Part shown: positions 36,850 through 48,800 of the stretch, one piece after another
Layout: each line of letters starts with the position of its first letter
How positions within the stretch are numbered: the first letter of the stretch is position 1
Source: Selaginella moellendorffii
Lineage: Eukaryota; Plantae; Lycopodiophyta
Direction of reading: 5' to 3'
DNA: 64,000 nucleotides
Assembly: GCF_000143415.4 (NCBI RefSeq)
Contig: NW_003314305.1
Coordinates: forward strand, 1,083,974 to 1,147,973
The notes under the pieces: model-generated
Seen by the model: only the letters and a program-made list of their open reading frames with translations
Told to the model about the DNA's origin: nothing
Database searches by the model: none
Position numbers and translations under genes: made by a program

Positions 36850-38745
36850 TTACAAGTTGATCTCTTCAGTCTTAAGCTCTTCGGATTTGCGCAATCTATG
36901 AAAGATTAGAACGACTGCTGCCACAAAGATAACAAATTCCAGTGAGCACACCCAAAATAAGATTGACCACTTGGGCATCACTTCAATAGTGGAGGTGGTG
37001 GTGATCAAAAAGCTGGTACCGTTCAACTCCTGGATGATTGTTCCAGAGGTGGCAAGACAACGCTTTAGTTCCACCTCTTTGATCATCTGAAAGATGCTGA
37101 ATGTGTTCCATATCATCACTCCAATGAGGATTAAGGCCCGTGCAAATGTTCTAAGCACTGAAAGTTGAAACTCTGTCCAAACAAATCTGATGAGCGACTT
37201 CTCAAAGTTCTCCGATGACTTGGCAAACATTCCCCAGATTGTGGCCCCGATCGTGAAGATTGCCACCAAGATCTCAAAGAGAACTCGAGCTCTCTTTGAA
37301 GACCCCTTCTCCCATTCATTGAGGGCGAACCTCTTTATGTCCGCAACGTTTGCAAAGACATCCAGTTGCTGTGCTAGCATTGACATTTCTCCCGAGGGCT
37401 TGAGCTTCGTCATGCTTAGCATGCACAAGGTCTGGGTCAGTGCTACTTGTCCTTGATCCATGCCACAGTAAACGTCCTCTTGTGTGTTGCCAATGGGAAC
37501 TTTATAATCAAACGTCTCTCTCATCCCCGATGCAGCAAGTGGGAATCGCAACATCATTTCATCGCTGTGATAATCAAGGTTTGCCATGCCTTGAAGGGAA
37601 CAGTCCTGGGAGATGGTTGTAAGAGGTTTTTCAACCGGCTGTTGCTCCAGCCATCCCTGAACACACGAGCTTACGTTCTTTATGATCCCATAGTTAACGT
37701 CCTTCATCGCCTCTGAAAAATTTACAGCTGAACCAGAGCTAAATGTCACTTCAAAAGTGAATGATCCGTTTCGTTTGAGGCTGTATGTAGAGAACATTGG
37801 AACTATGCCCTCAAGATTCCAAAGAGTGGAAGTCCTGCTACTACAGCTCGTAGAATTCAGCTTCAAAGGAGATATGCCTTGGTCCGAATCTGACAGCTGC
37901 GTCAAGTTGCTGTCAATGATGCAAACGTTCCCATCACAGCCACACTGATGGGTTGGAAATCCCAAATACGATATTACATCCGGAATGACGAAAACGGGCT
38001 TGGATGCTTCACATACGTTTCCTTGGTACACATACTTGTTAACGTTGTTTCCCTTGCCTTTGTCAATCGTGAGCCCAAGTTGAGTTCTAGCGTTACTTGC
38101 AAAGTTGGTCAAGTAATCTCCCCAGGGCAAATACAGGGAGCTGCTGCTAACCGAAAACATGTTTGACGAAGCCTTTCTGTACGGAACGCCCACCATGAGG
38201 ACCGCATAAGAGCCCGTACCATTTGCATGGAGCTTGTTTGTCCAAACTACAGGAGCAGTGAAGAGACACGGGTCGCCAGTCATTCTGGGCAAAGTGATGC
38301 AGAGTCGAACACTCATCCCCCAGTTGATAGACATCTCCCAAGCCAAACCTTTACTTACACGGTGAAAGACTCCTCCTAGAACGTGGGGATCTGGAGAGTT
38401 GAACATGCTTGTACCATTTGATCGGGCATCTTTCATTCCAGAGATTCTCCATACACTTGCCCGCTGGTAGCCAAGAGTGCCTTTCTCGTCGAGCTTAAGT
38501 GCCATTGGAAGTGAGGAGCCAATTGCCCACTTGTAGAATGGATCGTTGTTTATAGCGTAGTAACTCACCTCCCAGCAGGTAGAACCGTGATCTTGTGCGA
38601 GATCAGGAAAGTAATAACCGGGAGATGACGATGATTTTATCATTCTTGGAACCCAAACGTTGATGCATATTAAGGAAGCAAGGACAAGTGAGACCAAAAC
38701 CACAATACATTTCATCTTGATGTTTTTGAAATCCTTTGGTCTCAT
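36850..38745 (-). CDS. Orphan intronless 631-aa membrane protein: N-terminal TM, Cys-rich ectodomain of about 450 aa, three C-terminal TMs
   Basis: Uninterrupted 1.9-kb ORF with four hydrophobic segments, 12 Cys and 7 N-glycosylation sequons in the large loop. No family recognised. Confidence 0.8.
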   Translation of the reverse strand: MRPKDFKNIKMKCIVVLVSLVLASLICINVWVPRMIKSSSSPGYYFPDLAQDHGSTCWEVSYYAINNDPFYKWAIGSSLPMALKLDEKGTLGYQRASVWRISGMKDARSNGTSMFNSPDPHVLGGVFHRVSKGLAWEMSINWGMSVRLCITLPRMTGDPCLFTAPVVWTNKLHANGTGSYAVLMVGVPYRKASSNMFSVSSSSLYLPWGDYLTNFASNARTQLGLTIDKGKGNNVNKYVYQGNVCEASKPVFVIPDVISYLGFPTHQCGCDGNVCIIDSNLTQLSDSDQGISPLKLNSTSCSSRTSTLWNLEGIVPMFSTYSLKRNGSFTFEVTFSSGSAVNFSEAMKDVNYGIIKNVSSCVQGWLEQQPVEKPLTTISQDCSLQGMANLDYHSDEMMLRFPLAASGMRETFDYKVPIGNTQEDVYCGMDQGQVALTQTLCMLSMTKLKPSGEMSMLAQQLDVFANVADIKRFALNEWEKGSSKRARVLFEILVAIFTIGATIWGMFAKSSENFEKSLIRFVWTEFQLSVLRTFARALILIGVMIWNTFSIFQMIKEVELKRCLATSGTIIQELNGTSFLITTTSTIEVMPKWSILFWVCSLEFVIFVAAVVLIFHRLRKSEELKTEEINL

Positions 38746-39414
38746 GCTTCTTTCTTGAGGGCGCTGCCAGACCTTGTATATAGCATGGGCTCAGATTATC
38801 TAAATTGAAGATTCTGACATATTCTTGCTCTTGTGCTCCACCAGTAAGTCAACTTACGCTTATGATTGAGGTTACATCCATTACATTGGACCCCCCCCCA
38901 AAAAAATAAAAAACAAATTAAAAAATAAAAATAAAAACTGTGATAACAAAATAAGTGATGATTCAGTTTTGACATATTCTTCAGTTTGACATTTTCTAGC
39001 TAAGTGATTTAAGTGGATCTGACTTCCTTTTTTTCCTACATGTAGAAGCATCATATGATACTTCTTCCTCTAATATTGAATTTATTAAAGGTTTGTAAAT
39101 ATCACAAAATAATACTTTAGATATTGATAGGCCTCATGCATACACACATATAAGTGTGTCAATATTTAGAAAATATTATCATATCTTGGAATACGTATGT
39201 CCAGTTAGCAAATAAATCCATATCCATGTGAAGTAATGATCAATCACAATGAGATATTTTCGATCATTTCACGGGACTTCGAGACTGTTTCATTTGGATA
39301 TAGTCAGCATGTACACCAGTCAATTGACCCCGTCAGTCAAACACAAACACGGCATGTCGCGCTGGAGAAGCAGTAAACTCCGTGTGCATAGCAGTCTTCA
39401 CTTGGACTCAGCTG

Positions 39415-39711
39415 ATGCTTCTGGCCATGTTTGTGACAGTCCTCCTGGTTGGAGAGAATGTCGGTGGCATCACCAACGCAACAGCCCAGAAGCGATGCAA
39501 ATCTGGATGGAACTGGGACGGCCAGAAGTGCATCCAGTGTCCCAAAGGATGGTACTGGTATAACAACGATTGCCACCAATGCCTCTCCAGATGGAAGTGG
39601 AGTGGAAGCAAATGCGTGAGTTGCCTGACCAATTGGTACTGGTACAACAACGAGTGCCACCAATGCCAGTTTGGCTGGAAATGGAGCAAGGACCACTGCA
39701 TCAAGAACTAA
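39415..39711 (+). CDS. Small secreted Cys/Trp-repeat peptide, 98 aa
   Basis: First in-frame ATG at 39415; signal-peptide-like MLLAMFVTVLLVGENVGG; KR dibasic site; five 14-aa repeats C-x3-W-x-W-x4-C-x2. Confidence 0.75.
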   Translation: MLLAMFVTVLLVGENVGGITNATAQKRCKSGWNWDGQKCIQCPKGWYWYNNDCHQCLSRWKWSGSKCVSCLTNWYWYNNECHQCQFGWKWSKDHCIKN

Positions 39712-41164
39712 GCAAGTTGGAGTCTATTATTTCATGGTTTCGTTGGATCACCACAAAATAATTCATTTGATTTTATGAATGAACAATGTCTTGCTTTGCA
39801 AATTAAGAAGTTTTAAAAGAGATAACAGCTAATTAAACTTATTCTAAGCTATCATCCTACAAGCTCCTTTTCGCAGTCCAGAAGTGTGTCAATTTGCAAG
39901 GCGACAAAAGGACGAGAGCTTCATTCAATTCCAATGCGTTCCTGTGCTGCTGCAACTTCGAGGTGTGAAGCTTGTGGCTATGGAAGTCACTCTATGTTTC
40001 ATCATCTTCTCATACTATTATAATTTGAATCCTCTGATCACCTCTTTGCCCATTCCTAAAGAAACAAGATAAGGAAAAAACAAAGATAAATTATAGAACT
40101 TGATTTACTCCTTAAGCATCCTTCTAAACAGGTTGAGGTTCTCCTCACAGTTCCATGGAAGCAGCCTGGTCTCCAAACTCTCGAGATTTATCATCGTAAA
40201 GTCCATGAAATTCATGCAGAACTTGGTATCCTTGGCATCATGGTAACTTCCAAGCGGGCAGAATCCCTATAGAGAAACTAGAGGAGGTTCACTGAAGTGA
40301 AGGACATTTCCTCTTGCACTGCTTCCTAGATGACAAAGCTCTCCTGCCAAGAAAGTCTCTGAAGGAGAAGAGCTTAGTGTTGTGTGAGATGCTTGCGAGG
40401 GAATACTCCCAACCTTTACGTTCCAGCCAGAACCTTCATTGGTCAGCCCGAAGCTATGAGTTACCTGTGCGAATGTGACTATATATCTGGGTCAATTCAA
40501 CACTAAATATTAATGACTAACTTACAAAGACCACCATTAGTACTAAGGTGAGGTTATCTCCAACAAGTGGTGGTAACATCTGAGAGTAAAGTATCCTACA
40601 AGCCCAGGTGAAAGCCTCAAGTCTGATTGAAAACATATGCTTGGCTCAATCACCTCTGTCACCACTTTGTCATATTCACACTTCAGGTGTTAGTTGAAAC
40701 CATTGATGGAATTGGGTACTTACCAAGAAAAAAAGAATGTTAGTAATAAGGCTTGACAACAATTATACCACACATTTGAGCTCCCTTCTGACATGGAAAT
40801 GGTGGTTAAGTTTTATTTATTTTTTTCCGAATCAAAAAAAGAAGTTACATAAGAGTGGAGAATCTAGAGTGCAGGGAAGAACGCAAATGTCACTCCAATA
40901 TGGCTGAGGCTTAGCCTTCTTGTGTAGCAAATAGAATGCCATTGAGATCCAAGGCCTCAATCTTTCTCTTTTCGCTAGGCAATCCATCTCCAATGAAGTG
41001 GCTGTATTGGGAGCCCCCTAACACCACATCCAATGACATCTGCATGCTTGGCCCTCACCATTGCCAAGATTCTGGGCCTCCATTATGACATTTGTGATTG
41101 ATGCTCATTCAGTTAGGTGGAATTGTGTTTAAATAAAAAAAACTAGCAAAAGATAATAAATTAT

Positions 41165-41355
41165 AAGGTTTAAGTGTACGGTTACGATGCTGTATATTAA
41201 TATTAGGATAGTGGAATTTTGAAATCCGTTAAATTGGTTTTAATCTGGACCACTTGCTTCTATATATAAATTAGAGTTTTTGGCTAATTGATATGTATAT
41301 TTTTTTATTTTATTTTTATAATCCATATGATCACATTGGTGGAGATGAGGGGTAA
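41165..41355 (+). mobile_element. Short LTR plus a tRNA-Ala-like primer binding site (truncated retroelement)
   Basis: Similar to the reverse complement of 25515-25679. It ends ATCACA and is followed by TGGTGGAGATGAGGGGTA. Confidence 0.6.
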
Positions 41356-41689
41356 CTTTAATTGTTCCTAAGAAGTGCTTGGATTTGGAATTTTGGTTTA
41401 GATATAGTTTTTGTATTGTCTAGATTTCCCTTTTTTTATAGATTTTTTAATTCTTTCTCTTTTGTTTTTTCCTTTTTATATTAATCAGTTCAGATTTAGA
41501 AGAACATCCAAAAAAAAAATTTTTCTTTATGAAGATTGCATATGCATAATTTTTAGAGGATTGACTTATTGAATGTTATAAACATATATTTCAACTTGCT
41601 AGAACACTTGATATAATCTCTTCCATTGGACAAGAAACCCTTTAGAAAAATCATATACCATAAAATTGGGAAAATAAATTAATGCCAAA

Positions 41690-42290
41690 ATCTTCCACTT
41701 TAGATGATATTGTATTAAATTCTACTTGGTTTTACTTAGCTTTAACTACTTGCTATATGGGCAAGAGGGTCTTAGCTATCTTTTCATAGATTTCTAAACT
41801 TTCTCTTCCAATCCCTTTTTTTGGATTATATTAGACTTATGGCTTGGTTACACTTTTTAGAAGCACAAGCAGCCAAGAATTTCAAACCTCCAAAGTTTTT
41901 AATATCTCTTAGTATAATAAAGCTTGTTCATGAGATACTTTAAATCTTAAACTTTGGGTGCATTTCTTAATTTGAAACCTCAAGAGGAAACACTGTGGCA
42001 TAATAATCTAGTATAAATATCTCAACTCCTAATTTCCATTCCAAAGACCTTTTAAGAAGGTAATTTACTCAAATGGGGCATTAATCCACCTGCATTGGAA
42101 ACATTGCAATTGGTTTTCCTTTTGGGATATTTAATTATTTTTGAGCACTTCCTTGAAAATCCTTTTTAGCACTTAAGGCTATTAACTCTAAGTCCTATCC
42201 CTAACATGGTTTGGAAACTCCACTAGAGAGTTCCTTTAAGATTGAATCCTTAACTTCATTTTCCATATTATAATCTCAAAACCCCTTGTT
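41690..42290. mobile_element. Older degraded LTR remnant of the adjacent chromovirus family
   Basis: Collinear similarity to about 42990-43550 (GCACAAGCAGCCAA, GGAAACACT, CCACTAGAGAGTTC.TTTAAGATTG). Confidence 0.65.
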
Positions 42291-42885
42291 AGTATATAAG
42301 CAAGGCATATTAGAGCTTTATGTTAATAGTGTATTTCTGAGGCTAAATAATGATGTTAGATTGAGAACCAACTTTGCATGAATTATAATAATGCAAATCA
42401 CTTTCATAAGCTTGCACTCACTCTCAGACTTATACAATGGATGCAATATTTGTGGTTTGAGAAAACAAGAACATTTAGTCTAATTAGGGGTTGTTTCATT
42501 GAATATGTCAACTCTTCTTCCTTATATTAGCTCTATTCCTTTATCATAGATCTCCAAGCCTTTCGATATCATTACTCACTTTCAGCATAGCATTCTTCTT
42601 TATCTAGTATAATATTCAATTTGTGCTAATATAATATATTTTTATCCTATACCTTATAGTGCATTACTATATAAAGTGAAATCCAACCATTCAACATATG
42701 TACTAAGATTAATAGAGTGGGATCTAAGTTTCAAAGTCTCAAGCTAATGAATGAAGAAATAGAGTTGAACTCTTGAACATATAGCTTAAGAGTGAGGGAA
42801 TAAAAGTATGAAGTAACATTAGAATAATCTTAAAGCTTCCAAAATCTTAATGCTAAGACTAATATGCAAAATGAAGCCAAACTAA

Positions 42886-45800
42886 TGTAAGCCACAAAAT
42901 TTTCCTTTCCAAATTGCTAATTTACCTCGTTTATCTGACTAACACTGCCTTAGCCTTAGTTAAGTTCCCTCCCTAAAGTTCCCACCTATTATACCAACTC
43001 TTACTTAGTTTTACTTGGTTTTAACTACTTATTGCATAAGCAACGGAGTGTTAGCCATCCATCTATGGATTCCTAAATTTCTCCCAACCCCCCTCCCCAG
43101 GTTAGACTGGACTTAAAGTTTGGCTACACTCTCCGCAAGCACAAGCAGCCAAACACACCGAGCCTCCAGATTCCTAACATCCCTTGGTACAACAAGACTT
43201 GATCATAAGACCCTCTAAATTCTAAACCTTAGATGCAACACTTGCTTCGGGGCACTAGGGGGAAACACTATACCCTAACGGCTTGATATTGCTACCTCTA
43301 CTCCCCCACTTCTATCCCGAAGGGAAGGCCTAACCCCTAAGAAGGAGCACTATGGTCGATTTCCCTTTCAGAAGTGGGAGTTGATCTTGAGCACTTCTTT
43401 GGATGGCCCCTCCAGCACCACCTGAGTCCATGCTCACTCCCACCCAAGGCTCTTAAACCCCAGTCTCAACCTCAAGTCAATTTAGAAGAACCACTAGAGA
43501 GTTCTTTTAAGATTGGTTCCTAGACCTCACTATCTCTACTATACTTGTGGAACCTCCCCCCCGAGAGACACATGCTTTTGTAAGTTCTTGAGTTTGGACT
43601 TCTTGGGAGGTTGCCTAGTTTAGTACTATTCAAACTCAAAGACACTTAACCCCAAATATCCCAAGACCCTTAACCGATTGGAAAAAGGGGGTGCACTCTT
43701 GTTTATGGGCTTTTTCCCTTTATATTTGAACCCTATAAATTATCTCTCGAGTCGTTCCTTTTGGTTGCTTATAGATTTGGGCTTTCACCCCACAACCTGT
43801 ATTAGTATTCGGACTTGGTCTCAAACTCGACCTTGGACTTGACCTCAGACTCGGTCTTGAACTCGATCTTAGACTTGATCTCAGACCCGACCTCGAACTT
43901 TGTCTTATATTTGATCTCGGACTTGGTCTTGGACCATCTTAGATCTCAGACTCAATCTCGAACTCAGTTTCAGACTTGGTCTCGAACTTGATCTTGGACT
44001 TGGTTTCGAACTTGGTCTCAGAGTTGGTTTCATCCAATGAATTATTTATCATTTTGGTTGTGCTTTTGAGGATCCTTTAGCCTACGACACCTAGAGGAGT
44101 TGGTTCCTTACAACTCCACCACCCATAGAAGAAGTTCGATGCCTACATCAAACATCTTTTTTTAATCTTATGACTTGTTGACCATGTCTCTAGGGGCATC
44201 CCCCCACTTAGTGGTATGCCTAAGTTAGCCTCCCTGGCCAAGAGCCTATAACAATGGAATATAGATATCCCTGTACCCCTCACCTCACCACGCTCTAGTA
44301 TGGGGTTGGGATTTGAACCCAGCCTTGCTTTACTAGGGGGTTGGGATTCAAACCCAACCTCTGTAGAATACGTTTATGGATTTGACATTCCTGTGGGGAG
44401 TCAGGCATAGTTACCTACGCCTGGTTGACTTAGCTAACCTATGCTAATTAGCTTACCTTTGGCATGCCTTCGGGTTTTAACATATGCCATTGCTAAATTT
44501 CACAAATTGATGCTTTAATTGAACTTTACATAAGTGTATAGAGTTATACGTTGCAAAAATTCCTCCACTAGATTTTGCACGTTCGCTAGGTTCTCCTTTG
44601 GTTCCCATGTTGTTTCGTAGTGTAGAAATCCTTTCCACTTCACATAGAACTCCCTCACTTCACGTCCTTGTCACTTATTTTTGCATGCATTGAGGATGGG
44701 CTCGATTTCGTATTCCTCTTCCTCTTGGATAACCTCATGTAAAGGTCTTACTTGGTCTTTGTGAAATAGATCCTCAAAGTACAGCTTGAGTAAGTTCACA
44801 TGGAACATATAGTGCATATTCCCCATCTTTTGAGGAAGTTAGAGGTGGTAAGCCACTTTACCAATTTGAGCCTCAATTTCGTAAGGCTTTGTGAACTTGT
44901 TTAAGGAACTCAAGGTTAATTCATTTTTAGGAATACATACATTTTTACCTTTGGGTCAACTTCTGGCTGATCCCACTTGGTAACCTTAGGATCTTGGTAC
45001 TCAGCCACACCTTCTTCCTAGGTTGAAACTCTATGTTCCAGCACTTTTGGTTCACATATTTAGTTTGCCTTTATTAGTGAAGATCTTATTTCGATCTAAG
45101 ATAATCTCTTTTGACCTTCCCTACACTCGAACCATTTGTTCGAAGAATAGCTTTGCCACACCTTTTGCATCCACTTTTGTTGTGGTGGGTATAAAATGTA
45201 TCATTTTTCAAAAACTAATCCACCACCACATATATCGCATCAAACCCCTCTCTTTGAGGGAGTTTCGTGATGAAGTCCATTGTAAGATATTTTCACGGAC
45301 AATCTGGAATTAAAATGCTTTGTAACAAGCCCCCACTAGTCTTAGTCATGGCTTTGACTTGTAAAGATATGTTAGACATATCTTTACATAGTCTTGGACA
45401 TCTTTAGCCATGTCTAGCCAGTGATACTTCCTCTTGAGTAAGCCCATCGTCTTGGGCACTCCACCATATCCCGCAAGAGGTCTATCATGACACTCTTCTA
45501 ATGCTACCTTCCGTAGTTCCCCTTTTGGAACATACACCCTCATTTGTTTATAATAGATGAGTCCATTGCATTTTGCATAACCTATTTTTTCTTTTGTCCG
45601 CAACTCACCTTTTTGGTGAGCATCCTGTGCCTCTTGGTTCCTTAGCAACACTTCTTGTGCTAGACAATCATTCTCATATGTTGTCTGCACATTATCCCAA
45701 AAGGTTGCTATCATGCTAGATATCGCCAACTTTAAACTTGCTTTTTGACTCTTCCCAAGTTTATACAGAATCTCGCAATTGAACTCAGCCAAAGCATTGA

Positions 45801-48800
45801 CCCACCGACTTTGTTTTCCTTTTAGGTCGAGCTATGACAACAAGTGTTTTCTTGCCACATTATCTGTGTAAACTTTAAAGTGTCTCCCAAGGTAGTGTCG
45901 CCACTCTTTGAGTGCCTTGACCACTGCAAATAATTCCTTCTCATGGGCAGGCCACTTTCACTGAGCTTTGTCTAACTTCTTTGAGAAGAATGTCACCGGA
46001 TAGTTATCTTGTTTCAAACCTATGCCTAACGCAAAGTCTAAAGTGTTTGTTTCTACCTCAAAGTCCTTACTAAAGTCTGGTAATGCCAACATGGGAGTCT
46101 TCTTCAACTTCCCTTTGAGGTGGACAAATGTGAGACGGCATTTCACTATCTATACCATCTTCCCTTTTTTTGTTTCGTTCGTTAAAGGTAGGGCTACTCT
46201 CGAATAGTATTTGATAAACTTTCAGTAGTAGTTGCATAGCCCTAAGAATGCACTTAACTCATGTATATTCAATAGTCACTCCCATTTCTGGATTGCATGG
46301 ACCTTTTTAGGGTCCACCTTAAGCCCGTTCTTGCCCACCACATGCCCGAAAAACTTTACCTCTTGTTGAGCAAAGTCACATATGCTCTCTTTAGCATACA
46401 ATTTGTATTCCCTTAGTTTTTTAAACACCTTTGTCAAATGTTCAGCATGCTCCTTTAGCGTTTCGTTATAAATTAGGATGTCATCAATATAAACAACCAT
46501 GAAGTGATCCAGATAGGGTACAAAAATATGGTTCATCAGCGCTGAAAATATTGCTAGCGCATTGCACAGCCTAAAGGGCATCACTAGAAACTCAAAACTC
46601 CCATATTTTGTCTGACAGATTGTCTTCTCGACATCTTCCTTTGCTACTTTGATCTGGTAATATCCTGACCTTAGGTCAATTCTCGAGAAGTATTTTGCCT
46701 TTCCCAACTTATCAAATAGGTCCTCAATCATTGATAAAGGGTACTTGTTCTTCTTTGTACACCTATTGAGCAACCGGTGATCTATGCACATGTGCATAGA
46801 TCCATCTTTCTTTTTCACAAATAACATTAACGCCCTATACAACAACTTGTTCAACCTAATATACCCTTTATCCACCAACTCTTTTAGTTGGCACTTGAGC
46901 TCCTTGAGTTCCTTTTCGTTCAAATGATAGGGGGGATGAACCACCGCCTTAGTACCCTCGACTAACTCGATTTTATGTTCTATCGATCATCGGGGGGTAA
47001 CCCTGCCAGTAAGTCCTCCGACATGGTATTTTGAAATTGGTCCAACACCTACTAAATCACTAAAGGTACTTTTTATGTTTCTGTCTTTTTGTCACTCTTC
47101 ACCGAGAGTAAGCACAAAAATGCTACTTTGGTTCTTTTAGTGAATTGTCCTTTCGTGGACACCAGATTCAAGCAGGAGTCTTTGGCCTTACATTGCCCTA
47201 TCTTTGATCTTGGGCCTCCCCCTAGATCGTTCTCCCCAGGCATTCACTAATACCACAAGGTTCCTACCTTGTCCATGCAAGGCTACCACAAACTGATTAA
47301 ACTAATGCATCCTAAAGATCATGTCAAATCCCCCCATGTCCAATACGGTGAAATCCATGTTTACTTTCCATGTCCTTACTTTGACTCTTGTTTGTCGAAG
47401 TATTTCATCGGTGATTTGGCTACCTTGAACAAACTTTATAGTTCTTTCATACAGCTATTGCACCATTAGTCCAGCTTGCTGGGCTATGTCTGCAGCCACA
47501 AAATTATCTAAAACACTTATGTCAATAAGGATTTTAACAAAGTTACTTCCAAGCTTCCCTTGAAGGGTTAATAGATGTTGTGAATGACTCTCTACCAAAG
47601 TTGCTCATGTAATGAGTAACTTTGAGCTAGAGACTGGATCACGTACCTCAATTTGGTTTTCACTTGACTTAATGGCCATATTGACTTTGGCCTTCTTCGG
47701 GTAAGGACATTCTCTCAAAAAGTGTCCTGCTTCATTGTAGTTAAAGTATATGTTGTTTCCCATGCTACTAGCTGATTTGATTTTCTTATCCATGGGGTTG
47801 TCCCTTTTTGTTTGAGTCCTCTATATACTTGCTTAATAGCTACTAAATATGCCTTTCCAAAACCTTGAGGACTCATTCTTAGAGAAACTCTTCTTGAATT
47901 TCCTTTTGCCATATGTCCTCTTTAGTTTAGCTCCTTTGCTAAATGTGGATCCCAACCCCGTTGTGTTCCCCTTTCGCAGGTTATTATTGAAATGCACCTT
48001 AATAGTTGCATTCAATGCTTCCTTGTAGTTAGTCAAGTTCCAACGCATTGCCTCGTTTCGAGCTTAGGTCTACAAACCTAATATGAAGGCATGGAATGCA
48101 TCCATATGACCCATGTCTGTGACAAGTATCCTCTTTACCATAAATGCATTCACATACTCTTGAATGGTTCTAGTCTGCTTCAACCTACTCTTTTCATCTT
48201 TTAGGTGCAGAGTAGCATTTGGAGGAACGTAAGTTGCATAGATCCTCGCCTTCATCATTTCACAAGTGGCCACCGGTCCTTTGTTGGCCTTTGTTATTCT
48301 CCACTAAGACTTAACATTATCTACTATGTATGGTTTAGCACATGGGACCTTCTCTGAGCTCGGTAATTACAACGCTCGGAAGTAATCTTCCATATCATAA
48401 ACCAATCCTCCACCACCTTATACTCGTTCACTCCCTTGAAGACCGGTGGGGGCTTTAGTTTGTACTTAGGAACTGCTTGAGGAACTAATTCCACTTTAGT
48501 TTGTTTGACCTTGTTCGGTTTTGCCTTAGTCCCCGCCCAAGGGTCCATGCCTTCTGCATTGCCAGCATTTATAATATTTTTCTTTTTATTTCGCTTCTCG
48601 TCATGCTTTAACTTGCGTACAAGAGTCTCCAACAAGGCATTTGTCTATGTGAATTGTCCTTCTAGAACATCCAATTGAGCATTGAATGACCGAACCTCAC
48701 CATTGGACTCCTGTTTGGAAGCTTTCTCACTAGAGTCCTCTTTATGCAAAGATTCTTCATTCATAGCTTTTTGTTCAATCGGAGGTTCCAGCTCTGGAGG

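Noticed and set aside
39850-41130. Coding-like composition downstream of the peptide gene
   Set aside because: Stops in every frame I read and no identifiable family.
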